From the human T2T-CHM13v2.0 reference genome, Homo sapiens: a DNA stretch of 64,000 bases. Made by a program: the position numbers and the translations under genes. Position 1 is the first letter of the stretch; every line of letters starts with the position of its first letter. A model generated the notes under the pieces. That model searched no databases, had not been told where the DNA came from, and saw nothing but the letters and a program-made list of their open reading frames with translations. Below are positions 47,974-64,000 of this stretch, piece by piece. The stretch lies in assembly GCF_009914755.1 (NCBI RefSeq), contig NC_060940.1. One strand, written 5' to 3'.

Positions 47974-50280
47974 GCAAAGTAAAAAACATATTATCTTTTG
48001 TATAAAGGGAGGAATAGATAATGTATATTTAACTTATCTTATTTATGCATAAATAAATTTTGAAAGCTTACACAGGAAACTAATAACAGTTTTCTGGGTG
48101 TGAAATTGGGTGCATGGAAAAGCAGGGATAGGAGAGAGACTTTTCTGTATATCTTTTTCATTTTTTTGTGCTGTGTGAATATATTCCTTGAAAAATTAAA
48201 ATGGAAATCGTGCATTGTGGAAAAATTAGGAAACTGATTAAAGAATTTTAAAATTACCCAAAGTGTACCCACAGTTGTAATCAATGTTAGGATTTTGCTT
48301 TTTACCATTTTAGACAAATCATGTGTATACTTAATATACCATTTTATACTGCTATTCATATCAGTACATATAGTAGATATAATATGCTTTATATTCCATT
48401 TTATAACTTGCAATTTTATTTAACAATGTGATGCAGATATCTCTCCATGCCAATAAGTATATCTACAGAATCATTTTAAATGCTCAGAATTATTTTAAAT
48501 AGCATCTAGTTGGATAGATATACTATTATTTATACAATCATTAACCAAATCACCTACTGATAGACATTTAGATTGCTCCCACTTTTTGCTCTTTAACAAT
48601 GAAAGGACAGCAGCAAGTATCGTACCCAATGATTTTCCTCAGAATAAATTTATTTCAGAGGAATTTTGGGGTTTGTGGGTAACCATGCTTTAAAAAGTAT
48701 CCATTTTTTGATACAAATTACCAAGTTTTCCCCACCCCTATGGCAATAGAGCTGAAGCATTTATACTTCCCTAGCACAGTCTGAAAGGACTTTTTTCCAC
48801 ATCCTTGTCAACATTGACTATTAGCAACCTATTTATTTGCTCTTTGTCAATCTAATGCATGAAAACTATCTCCTTTTAATTTGAATTTTGGGGTATTTAA
48901 AAATATTTATTAGCCATTTGCATTCATTTTCTGAAATTTTTGCTTAATTTTTTCCCTGTTGGAGATATTTCTTTCTTTCCATTTTTAAAAGAGGATGTTT
49001 AATGATTAATGCTGCTTATACTGGATTGACTTTATCTTTTAGTGTTTTATTACTTCAGATGTTTCTAGTGAGCTGAATTTGGCTTGGTTCTACATTTTCA
49101 TCCAGTGTGATCATCTTCATCTTTCAGTAAGAAAGTCTTAATTTTTTATGTATTCGATTATCAACATATTTGAACTTTTCAAATATTCATTTTGTTCATT
49201 TTTTTTTGTTTATTTTTTCTTCTCCTGACTCTTCAATATTGGATTGGTGGAGCCTTCTTTATTCCCCTGTTACTTCCCTCTGAGGTAGAAGTTATATAGG
49301 CTATTTCTGTTCTTTTTGTTTGTTTGTTTTCTTCATTTTTGTATTTTTAATAGTACTTATCTGATCACACTAAGACTTGGCAAAGAGTAACTTAGAGAAC
49401 GACTCCAAACCTCCCTATTCCCCAATTCTATCCATGTTATGGCTGCCAAGTATTTTACTCCACTTTGTTTTTGTGATTTTAATGCTTATCAAAACAACAA
49501 TAACACGTCTACATAGTTTAAACAGGTAAATCATATTATAAGGCTTATCACAAAACAGCAGCCTACTGTCTGACTACCCTGTCTTCTGATTCTTGCTTCA
49601 CGGAAGCAACAGATTTTCAATTATTTGGGCTCTCTCTCCACTTCTATGTTCCTCCATATTACTAAGTAACCTGTTTATATTGAGAAGTCTTACAAATCAC
49701 AAAAAAAGGATAGCCTTGGGAGTTAAAATTGCAGCTGTCAGTTACTCAGGTAAAAGATAAATTTCAAAACGGCAGTTGTACAACATATTGAAAATAATGA
49801 TGTGTACTGAATGGTGTTACTGAAACAAGTCAGATGTAGCCAAAGCTACACTCAGCAGCAACTTAGCTTCTTTATTAAATGAAGAAAATGAATTGACTAA
49901 GGATTCAACCACAAAAGTGAGTGGAATGTTAAAGATAAGGAAACAAGGAAGTATTTTGGAAAAATGAAAACAGAAATTAATGAATAGAGGGAAATGGAAA
50001 CATTGATTCTTAAAAAAAAAATCCAAGACTTATTCTTTGAAAAAAAAATAGACAAACATTTATGGTATCTAATTAAGAATAAGAGATAACAAAAATAGAC
50101 AAAATTAGGAATGAGAAAGAGGATATAACCATAATCTGTGAAGGGCTGAAGCATCTTTATGATACTGAAAAAAAGGATTAGGTAAAATCTAACATTTAAT
50201 CCTCATAAAACTCTGGTTACGTGTTAAAGATATTTTCTTAGCATGATTTAAAAAATAATTTTCAAGCTAATAGAGACATG
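47800..50280. mobile_element. Cluster of degenerate L1M/L1ME fragments on both strands
   Basis: AT-rich with L1-like phrases (atagacatttagattg, aatagacaaacatt, attaggaatgagaaagagga). Confidence 0.5.
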
Positions 50281-50286
50281 CCATCT

Positions 50287-50460
50287 GTATTAGTCTGTTC
50301 TTGCACTACCGATAAAGAAGTACCTGAGACTGGGTAATTTACAAAAAAAGATTTAATTGACTCATAGTTCTGCAGACTGTACAGGAAGCACAGTGGCTTC
50401 TGCTTCTGGGAGGCCTCAGGAAACTTACAACCATGGCAGAAGATGAAGAGGAAGCAGGAG
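50287..50460 (-). mobile_element. MST (MaLR) LTR fragment
   Basis: tgtattagtctgttcttgcact...gcctcaggaaacttacaaccatggcagaag. Confidence 0.8.
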
Positions 50461-50734
50461 GATGTTAACTCTGATGCTGCACTTAAGTCTTATAACTGTA
50501 TCAACCATTATGTCCTTGTTTACTGGCTCTGGTCCTGTCCTTCCTGTCTCCATTAATTTATACCTTTCTTTAGTTGCATGTTTTTATTTATCTCTTAATC
50601 AGTTGATGGATTTTTATGAGTATCTATTTTTTTTTCAATTAGTGCTTTAACCTGACCGCTGTGCAAGTTTAGGAATATCTTTCTGCTTTTGTCACACATG
50701 AACAATAATTCAGCCAAATTGAAATGTTTAGGAT

Positions 50735-51028
<294 letters not shown>

Positions 51029-51405
51029 TAGGTCATCTATGTGTGTGTGGCAGAGAAGATTGATGTCAGCTAGGTTCATTTTTTTCCCCTTTTGTTGGCA
51101 AACTGTTTTGTTTTGTTTTCCCTTCCTGGATGCCTATACAGTTTTTTTTTTTCCATTATTTAAATAGAAACGGAGCCTCTAAAGTCAGACTGTCCTGAGT
51201 TCAACTCTCTGCTGCTTTGCTTAGTAACCTATGTCCTCCTGGGCAACTTATTTACCTGCTCTACACGTCATTCTCCCATGTGTGAAGTAGGGATAATAAT
51301 CATACTGGGATGATATGAAAAATGAGGAATTAACTGTGCAAAGTGCTTAGAGGAAGGCTGAGCCCATAGCAAGTACTATATAGGAGTTTTCCACCTTGAT
51401 ATTGC

Positions 51406-51890
51406 AGTAGTCATCCCTTATCCAGGGGGATATGTCCCCAGATCCCCAGTGGATGCCTGAAACTGCCGATAATACCAAACCCTATATATAATGTTTTTTT
51501 CCTATGTGTGTGTGTGTGTGTGTGTATATATATGTGTATATATATACACATATATATACACAGATATATGTATATATATGTATATATATACATATATATA
51601 TACACACACACACACATGGACATATATATATTGACATATATGTATATATACACACAAACACACACACACATATATGTATGCACACACACGTATCTATGAT
51701 AAAGTTTAAGCTTCAAATTAGGGATAGAAGAGTTAATGCAGAATTAGTCACAGTATTGTTGTTAAGAGATTAACAACTAATAAAAAAAGAACAATTATAA
51801 CTATACTATAATAAAGTTATGTTCATGTGATCTCTCTCTAAATATCTTATTTTACTATACTCGTTCTTCTTGTGATGATGTGAGATGATC
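51406..51890. mobile_element. MER44 fragment with an expanded (TG)/(TA)/(CA) microsatellite (51503-51692)
   Basis: cagtagtcatcccttatcc...gtggatgcctgaaactg; alternating purine-pyrimidine tract. Confidence 0.8.
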
Positions 51891-54340
51891 TCTAACACAC
51901 TAGTCCGAATTTAATGTTTTCAAAAAAAAGAATTTCATCTTTTCAATTCTCTGCATATGCTTTTACATTCATCTACTGTTTGTGGCAAGAGGTACTGGTT
52001 TTCCACTTATGTGCCTAACAAAATTGTAGGTAAAAAATTGTTCTATGTAAGTGAAAAAAAAAGTGAGTGGAATTCAAAGAAAAATATAAAGTAAACAATA
52101 GTGCAAGGATATGGCAGGAACTGTGGGAGTTGCATGCAAATGACTGAATTTGGAGAAAATAGACTTAAAGATCCTTTGTTCAGCTCTAGAATCTGTGCAA
52201 AAATCCCTCTGTGTGGTACTCACAGGGATTTTTGCACAAAGAGATTCTAGAGCTAGACAAAGAATCTAGCTCCTGAGCTCAAAGGGGGCTGAGGATGTAC
52301 AATTCCACGACCCAGGATTTTGAAGGCTCCCTTTTGGATTCCTCTGGAATATGTTCGAAGCTGACCCGCTGAGTATGCCTGGAGTTGCACCTTTCAGATG
52401 CAAGCATGCCTGCCACACTGGATCAAAGAGGCTTTTTTGACAGCTGGTGGAGGCCTCTTTCCTCCAGCAGCCGCAGAATGAGTCCTTAAAAATCATAGAC
52501 CACAAACGGCCTCTTTGGCTGATTTGACATTCTTATTTAGTTCAATCCAGGTGTATGGTAGCTGAATAGTTTGGACCAGAATCCTGGCTGGGGAGAAAAT
52601 TGTTATGAAAAGCTATCGATTAGGTGTCCACAGCTGCTGAAACTCAACCGCGGAAGCTTCTGGAGCTGCATTTATGAAAGGGCAGGGGGCATGGAGAAGG
52701 GCAAGAATGTGATGGGGCGAGGAGGCAATCTGTTTAAAGGACAATGGTTTGTGAAGGCAGGCAGTCGATGAAAAGTCAGTTCTTCCTCTTGCTAGGTAGC
52801 TGGGTGGATCATCCAGTGTCTGCTAGGTTGTGCCTTACGACCTCTTGAAGCCTGGGAGAGAGTTCAGGGGTTGCTGCTTCTTCCTGGGAAGGCCTGCCTT
52901 GGATCTCATTACCTTCCTTTTTCACCAGTCCAGGCCATTGCTGCCCTTCACTGCCCAGCAGCAAACACTGAACCCCACACTTCCCTGCAGAGTCCAGCCT
53001 GCACAGCACAAGCCAACACTGTTTCCCCAATCTGTGAATGGCACTGGGCTGTGATTAACATGGTGCATATCCCTGCATTGCCTCTGACAACCCTGTAAAC
53101 TCTCTCCTTCACTGTATTGAACATCCTCAAACACCTGTGCATTACTGCAAAATAAAGCATATCTCTGCTTATGCCTCCAGTTTCTGTGCCTAGAAAAGTG
53201 CTCGGCACATAAAAAGATTGATAAATATTTGTCGAATGAATGAATGAGGGTATGCACCAGACGGGATGGGGCAGGACTCAGCAAGGCTCACAGGCACCCA
53301 CTGAAAACACATCAGACTGTTTACTTATAGCTGCAAATGCATGAAAGACTGAAAGGGGCTCAGAAAACCTGGAAGGAGTTCCTGACAAGAACAAAATATA
53401 AGTAGCAAAGGAGGAGTAGAACAATGCTCCTTCCTGCCTGGAGCTTCAGAATAGTTGTAATTTTGAATGGTCTGTCAATCACACTTGATAAATTAAATCA
53501 TACCTTACAGCAGCATTTCACAACGTTTTTTTCTTCTTGACTCAAAAGCTGCTGCACAGGTAACTCTGAGAGTTATGTGAAATTTTCTTTCCTGGGTAGC
53601 AGTAACTTCAGTCTTTTTCTTCAATTCAAGTCAGGATATTGTAGGCTTTTTTTTTTGTTTTTGAGATGACATACAGTTTTTTTCCCCTTTTACCTAAAGA
53701 TTCTGATATCAGCCACCCACCTGCTACTCTTGCTAGTTAGAATTAATGTCTTGGACGCGTCTTACCCTCGTTTTGCTCATAAATTTCTCCATTAATATGA
53801 TGAAAATTACATTGCCATCTCTTTCCCCCAAATTTGTAAATACATATATGCAACATTTTGCAGAGAATGCATCCTATTTCCGTGGAAGACGATTGCTTTC
53901 AAAACCATGCAATATGAATGTGATCTTTACAAAGGGCCTTTCACCTCAGCTTTTTAATGTAAAAATAAATGGTCACATTCTGGAAAATAATATAAACTCA
54001 AAGTTGTGCAAAATAAGACCAAAAGTAGCCTTTAACCTTACCGAAAAGGAAATTTCAATGATAATGTGGCTAATGTTTAGCTTGCACAAGGAGCTGGAAT
54101 TGTGGTGCAAAGCACATGCCATCTTTGACATCAAATCAATTCTGACTTTTGGTTTTGATGGTGACAGGCACCTGACTTACAAAGGTAAGTAGAAGCAAAT
54201 CCAGCCAGAGGATTGCATGGGCACATTTGCCTGATAAGGGTGGCCATAGGTCAAAGGGCACAAGATTTCTCCAAGACTTCTTAAGATGAATTCGTGCCAC
54301 ATCATTTCCTTCATACTTGTGTCAGGGAGGTCACTTCTAG

Positions 54341-54727
<387 letters not shown>

Positions 54728-54845
54728 TAGAAAGAATGGGGGAATTATCATTTTCTCCATGACCATCCTCATACTATTAGGAGAAATGTCAGTGGTTCTG
54801 GAGTAGGTGGTGACAGTCCACGGAGGCACTCCCTAAATTTCTTTT

Positions 54846-55441
<596 letters not shown>

Positions 55442-55479
55442 TCACAAACCAGCTTGACAGCCTCACTGACTTCTCTCCT

Positions 55480-57080
<1,601 letters not shown>

Positions 57081-57082
57081 CA

Positions 57083-58085
57083 TGTTGTGTAGGGAAAAAC
57101 TTTCTCAAACCATGTTTTTCTTCTACTCTCACACTGCAAAAATCATAATCACAGAATAAGAACTCTGTGACTAGATGTATGTATGTGTGTGTGTGTGTGT
57201 GTGAACACATTGCCATGTGAGTGCCATGTATCCCAAGTGTGGAAGCCACTGAGTGGCTCTACATTTTGCTTCTGCTGTACTAGGACAAACTTTTGGGTTA
57301 ATTTCCCATCACCAAGCAGCAGACACCAGCTGACTGTCCTCTAATTCAATTCTGACATTATCTACCCAGAAACAGCGTCAGATCCCACGGGTTGAGGACT
57401 CAGTTCCCAAGACTGCTCCCTCCTGCCCACTAGTTGCAAATTTGGGCCTCCAGAACTTCTGACTGATTGGCTTCAAGTTTGACTGGCTTCAAGTTGGGGT
57501 TCCCATGACCTCCTATTTGAGATTGATTAATTTGTTAGAGTGGCTCACAGAATTCAGGGAAACACATCTGCCAGTTCATGAAGAGGGATCTTTTAAATGA
57601 TGCAAATAAATAGCCAGATGAAGATATACACAGGGTGAGGTCTGGAAGGGTCCCGAGTGGATGAGCTCTGTCTGCATGGAGGCGGGGTGCATCACCCCCA
57701 CCCCAGCTCGTGGATGAGCTCTTCTTCACCTTCCTGTCTGCCTCCGTGTGTTTAGCTCTCTGGAAACTCCCTGAATCCTGTTCTGTTGGGTTTTTATGGA
57801 AGTTTCAAGATGTCAGCATTCCTTTCTCCAGCATATAGGGTGGAGACCCTCTCTGGGGAGGGTCTGAAGACCCACAATCAGAAAGGTGGGGAAGATTAGA
57901 GTCCTGCCTTGGGGCAGGCAAGAAAGGAAGGCAAGAAACAGACAGTTTCCTAAGGCCTAAGTCACCCAACATTATAACAAAAGATTGTAACAAGGGATAT
58001 GGGAGTTATGAACTGGGAATTGTGGATGAAAACCTACACACACACACACACACACACGCACACACACACATATCATAACACCACA
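57083..58085 (-). mobile_element. MER21-family solo LTR
   Basis: cagcgtcagatcccacgggttgagg...cccaacattataacaaaagattgtaacaaggg...ataacaccaca. Confidence 0.8.
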
Positions 58086-58529
58086 CGTCTTCTTACTTTC
58101 CATTATGATGAATCATGTCCTGGCATGTTTCATAATTTTTGAATTTTGAGCTCATTTTAACTGAGTTTCATTTTTTATTTTTTTGCCATGTAAGTGCCAT
58201 ATGTCCCAGGTGTGGAAGCCTTTGAGTGGCTTTACATTTTGCTTCTGCTGCACTGTAACAAACTTTTTGTTTTATTTCTCACTTTGGGATTCTTGCATCA
58301 CACTAGACACAAGCTCAGGGTTTCAATTTCTCAAGACTTAGATTTTCCTTCCAGAGCCCTGAATAGAGACAAAGCTCCTTACAGTTCCCAGGAGCTAGTG
58401 GGAAGAGCTTCCCTAGTATTCCTTCCCCAGGGTGGCAACCTTTATAAGATTCCCAACTCTATGCAGAGTCACAGTTCCAGGTAACCTCTTCATATAAACT
58501 GAGGGTGGCACCTTCAGTCTTTCTGGGAG

Positions 58530-59246
<717 letters not shown>

Positions 59247-59374
59247 GGGGGCAGTACAACTTCATCCACTAAGGCTCTGTAGACTACTGTAGCATCATTC
59301 CAGCTGCCAATGCTCTCATCACTTCTGCCATTCAGGAATTTCCTTTTTTGTGTGAACTCATCTATTTATTTGTG

Positions 59375-59671
59375 ATTTTTTTTTTTTTTTTGAGATGGAG
59401 TCTCACACTGTCACCCAGGCTGGAGTGCAATGGTGTGATCTCGGCTCACTGTAACCTCCGCCTCCTGGGTTCAAGCAATTCTCCTGCCTCAGCCTCCTGA
59501 GTAGCTGGGATTACAGGCACCTGCCACCATGCCTGGCTAATTTTTTGTATTTTTAGTAGAGATGAGGTTTCACTATGTTGGCCAGGCTGGTCTCGACCTC
59601 CTGACCTCGTGATCTGCCTGCCTCGGCCTCCCAAAGTTCTGGGATTACAAGCGTGAGCCATGCGCCTGGCC
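59375..59671 (-). mobile_element. AluSg-like
   Basis: Antisense full Alu. Confidence 0.9.
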
Positions 59672-60004
59672 TATTTTTGATATTTTATCAATCATTTCTA
59701 TTGATACAAAAATCCATGTTAGGTCGGGCTACTTTGCTGTCAGTCCTCATAATGTCTCTTTCATCATGGCAACATTTGTTTAGCAACACAAGAAGCAACT
59801 TAGTAGGATGCTGAAGATAAGGCTTTTGTGTTAAAGCAAATGCAACTTCTGGTAAAGTTCCAGTCTTTTCAGATTGAGTTTTCTTCTCATGACAAAAGGC
59901 CCTTATTGTCTGATGTCATTACAAGATGGGAAGACAGGAGTTGACACTTCAGACTGGTTGCAGCATTAAGCCAAGAGGCCCAGTCAACACTTGTTAATAT
60001 ATTA

Positions 60005-60349
<345 letters not shown>

Positions 60350-61002
60350 TATATTATTGTTGGCTGTGGTCAGTGCTGCGCCCAATAATCTCATTGCAAA
60401 CCCTTTCTTTGCTCTCACCTCTAATGCCTCCCTTGTTATATTCCTGGTCTTATTTTGTACCTTCATGTAAGCTTGGTGAGAGTCTGGGCCAAGTCATATG
60501 TGTGTTTCATATCACCTATGGTGTCAAGCACACAGTGAGATGTTTAAAACTCTGGATGTTTACGTGAACTCCTCTGTAATCAGACATTAAAATTACCACC
60601 ATTTGAGTTGTCATTTCACACCGATTAGACTGGCAAAAATCAGAAAAATGCCGCATGTTGGAGTCATGAGAGGTTCGAGGAACTACCATGTACTGTTGAT
60701 GAGAAGGTGGACTAGGGCAATTCCAAAGAGCAATCTGACATTGCTGTCAAATTAAACATATCAAACCCCAGAGATCCACTCCTAGGTATGTAACTCAAAG
60801 ACAGTCTCATAAACCTTAATTTAAAAAAAAATATGCCAGGAAAGTAACTGCAAGGTGGTTATGATGGTGGGGAGCTGGAGACAGTCTGGATGTCCATCTC
60901 TGGCAGAGTCAGGATACAAAAGTGGGGATACACAGCGTGGAGTTCCTCTACAGTGCTGAGAATCAGTAAATGTGATGAATACAAAACAACAGGGATAGAT
61001 TG

Positions 61003-61392
61003 TTTTTAACTTTTATTTTAGGTCAGGGGTACACGTGCAGGTTTGTTATGTAGGTAAACTCATGCCATGGTGGGAGTTGTTGTACAGATTATTTCATCAC
61101 CCAGGTACTAAGCCTAGTACCCAATAGTTATTTCTTTCTGATCCTTGCCCTCTTCCCACCCTCCACCCTCAAGTGTGCCCCAGTGTCTGCTGTTCCCCAC
61201 TTTGAGTCCGTGTGTTCTCATCATTTAGTTCCCACTTATAAGTGAGAACATATGGTATTTGGGTTTCTGTTCCTGCATTCGTTTGCTAAGAATGATGGCC
61301 GTCAGCTCCATCCATGTTCCCACAAAGGACATGATGTCATTTTTGTGGCTGCATAGAATTCCATGGTGTATATATATACCACACCTTCTTTA
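61003..61392 (-). mobile_element. Older L1PA/L1PB 3' end nested in L1ME (~60590-61680)
   Basis: ggggtacacgtgcaggtttgttatgtaggtaaact...cccacttataagtgagaaca; TSD gatagat. Confidence 0.85.
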
Positions 61393-61772
61393 CACAGATA
61401 GATCTTAAAAGCATAGTGCCTAGTGAAAAATGCAAGAAAGGAAGTGAGACATTTAGATAAATATCATTTATGTAAATTTTTAAAAACCCATTTGCAAATT
61501 TATTAAAGCCCATGTGCAAATTTTTAAAAACTCAGTGTATATTGCAAAACAATATACGTGTTGCAAGATCGTACTGAAACCAAACAATATCCATTAGATA
61601 TATGTTTCCTCATGGATTGCCTATAGGAGAGGGGAATGGAAGAGAAGTATGAGGATAAAACTGAAAACATGAGTTAATACATATATTTTTTAAAGGAGCT
61701 GTGCGAAGGGCATACATGATAAGCTATTAAGCCATAGAGTCAGGAGTACGATTAACTTTGAACGCCTGATGT

Positions 61773-62002
61773 TAAAAAAAAGAATAGGGAGAGAAAGAGA
61801 AAGAGGAAGAAGAATAAGAAAGAGGAGAAGGAGGAGGAGGAGAAGAAAGAAAAAAATAAAGAAAAGGAAGGAAGGAAGGAGAAAAAGAAAAAAAAAGAAA
61901 GAAAGAGGAAGAAAGAGAGAAAGACAAAGCAAGAAGGAAGGAAGAAAAGGAAGGAAGGAAGGAAGGAGGGAGGGAAGAAAAGAAAGAGTGAGAAAGAAAG
62001 AA
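61773..62002. repeat. ~230-bp polypurine (GA-rich) low-complexity tract
   Basis: Read directly. Confidence 0.95.
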
Positions 62003-62184
62003 TTTGTTCAATTAATAGTCTCATTTTCTTCAATTCTTGCCTGATCAGGTCAGCCTCATGTGTTTTCTGGAATCCTATAATTCTTATTTTAATGTGTCCT
62101 TTTCCTTCAACTGGCTGGTAAGCCCCTTAATTGCTGGTGCTATGTTTCATTTGTTGTTTATTCTTAACATGGCTGCAGCGAAAT

Positions 62185-62398
62185 GTAGCTGGAAGAGCCT
62201 GGATTTTGGCGTCAAAGGAGCCTCTACCACTTATTGCCTGTTTCATCTTAGGCAGGTCACTTCATCTTCTGAGCCTCAGTTTCCTCACTTGGAAAACAAG
62301 GGCAAGAAGACTTCTGATGGCTATCACAAGGACTAAATGGAATTTGGACTATTGCCAATACAGTTCCTACAATAGGCACTCAGAAAATGCTAGCTTCC
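62185..62398 (+). mobile_element. MIR SINE
   Basis: tctgagcctcagtttcctcacttggaaaac. Confidence 0.7.
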
Positions 62399-63489
62399 TC
62401 TCCTTGATTTTATTTCCTGCAATCCCCAACACATTATAGGTGTTCTGTCAAGATTTTTTGAACAGACATTAACTGATGTTCACCAGAGACTGGAGCAGAA
62501 GATGATGGCTTTAGCTCAAGCTGAAAAAGAACTTCCATACAGCATTTTTTTAAAAAGCCTCAGGATTGCTTCTGAGTGCAGTTGTGAAATATGCTCCTTT
62601 GAATACCTTTAGAAAGGAATTCTCTACCTTCACATACGCCTCCACAACTGCATTCCCTGGCTCTGTTTCTCTGCATTCAGTCTTGAGCATCCTGTGACTT
62701 CTCACTCACCTTCCTCCCTGCTGGTCTCTTGGAAAAGTGCTCTACGTATTCAAGTTGATTTCTCTCTCCCTTTTGTTCTCTGCTGTCTGTTAGAGAGACC
62801 ATAACTTAACACGAGGCTCTATGATTATCCCCATGCTGGCTGCCAAGGGAAGGAACCCTGACACCGTACCATGCATGGTGGTGATTTTCTGAGGCCCTTA
62901 GATTGTTTGCATTCATCTTACCAGCAGGTTATACCCGCCTTACAATTATCCAGCTGCTTTTATAAAATCTTGCATTCAATGTGAGAGTCTTTAAAAGCTT
63001 TCACATTTAGAACATTTAAAAATCCAGCAGGTTTGGACAATGAAACTGACTCACTGTGCTTTGGGTGGGTGTTTTTACATCTGTATGCCTTGTTTTTCGC
63101 ATCTAAGAAACGGGAATGATCTTCCGTGTGGCATGTACACCCAGAGGGACTTGAAGCATGTAATGTGCCCTAAATAGCAGGTTTCATGAATGTAGACCCA
63201 CTCTCTGGCAGTTATGGCTCCCTGACCCTCTACAGGAACACACTCGTGCTGTCTCACCATTTCCAGCCAACAGGATCTCACAGATGTATGTACTTACCTC
63301 TTTAAAGTAACTCAATACTCTCTTTAAAATAAGCCAGCCCACCCAGAGACTAACAGTATAAATTAAGGGCAAACAAACCTCTTACTAAAATGTCTGCAAT
63401 ACAGAAATGTTACAGCTCATCTTCTATATATGGAAATACTATCTTTTTTGCGGGGGGGTATGTCTAGTTCTTATTCTAAATCTATTTAG

Positions 63490-64000
63490 GTGGACAGAAT
63501 AGGCTAAGTTGTGCTGTAGTAACAACCACAGCATATCAATGGCTTAACACAGCAAAAATGTGTTTCTTGCTCATGCTACATGTCCAACAAGTATCAATGT
63601 GCTCACTGTGGCCCCTCAGGGACCCAGTTGAGAGACACTTCATCTCAACATAGGCTTCTAAGGTCATCACAGAAAAAGAAAAGGAATGGAGTAAATTGCG
63701 CACTTGTTCTCAACTTGTCTGCCTGGAGGCAGCTTCAGGCAAGGCTTGATTCAGGACACAAACTATACCATTGTGCTCCATCTTTCAGATCTGCTTCCTC
63801 TGGCTAATCTCTATTCTTGGCTTCTACTCGATAACCTCACAGCACCTAATTCAGCCAAAGGGACAGGATGATTTTGAATAGTTCTCACACCAGTCCTGGG
63901 ATTCCCTCTCTCATTACCCTGGATGGAGTAATATAGCCATCCTGAAGGGATAACTGTAGCTAGGGGAATACAGCGCATTACTGGCTAAGTGTAAGGTCCT
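63490..64000 (-). mobile_element. MLT1-type LTR fragments
   Basis: aggctaagttgtgctgtagtaacaacc...tggcttaacacagcaaaa..tttcttgctcatg. Confidence 0.55.

Noticed and set aside
51503-51692. Self-complementary TG/TA/CA tract and its Cys/Val/Tyr/Ile ORFs
   Set aside because: Microsatellite expansion inside MER44; the symmetry follows from dinucleotide composition.
61690-62044. Arg/Lys-rich and Phe/Leu-rich ORFs
   Set aside because: Translations of the GA-rich low-complexity tract.

Overview
Primate (very likely human) genomic DNA covering the 5' end of HS3ST2 (heparan sulfate glucosamine 3-O-sulfotransferase 2). It has ~27 kb of repeat-rich upstream DNA, a CpG-island promoter with a GC box, a perfect CRE and a TATA-like element, and coding exon 1 (28293-28777, + strand). 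The first ~35 kb of a long intron follow; exon 2 is outside the window. The rest is mostly Alu, L1, L2, L3/CR1, MIR, MaLR/ERV LTR and DNA-transposon fossils plus simple repeats, and nearly all other ORFs in the track are artefacts. I found no new gene system that I can support. The most unusual things seen directly in the sequence are: (1) a MADE1/Hsmar1 mini-transposon whose centre is replaced by a 96-bp copy of DNA from 3.65 kb upstream; (2) a second local templated copy inside a MER21 LTR; (3) an Alu-Alu gene-conversion tract; (4) an Alu-L1 fusion inside a single target-site duplication (TSD); (5) a uORF-dense leader with three ATGs in three frames at the start codon; (6) a ~975-nt AG-free pyrimidine tract ending in a candidate poison exon; (7) an unexplained ~100-nt hairpin. 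Repeat subfamily names come from recalled consensus sequences, repeat boundaries are approximate, and no searches were run.
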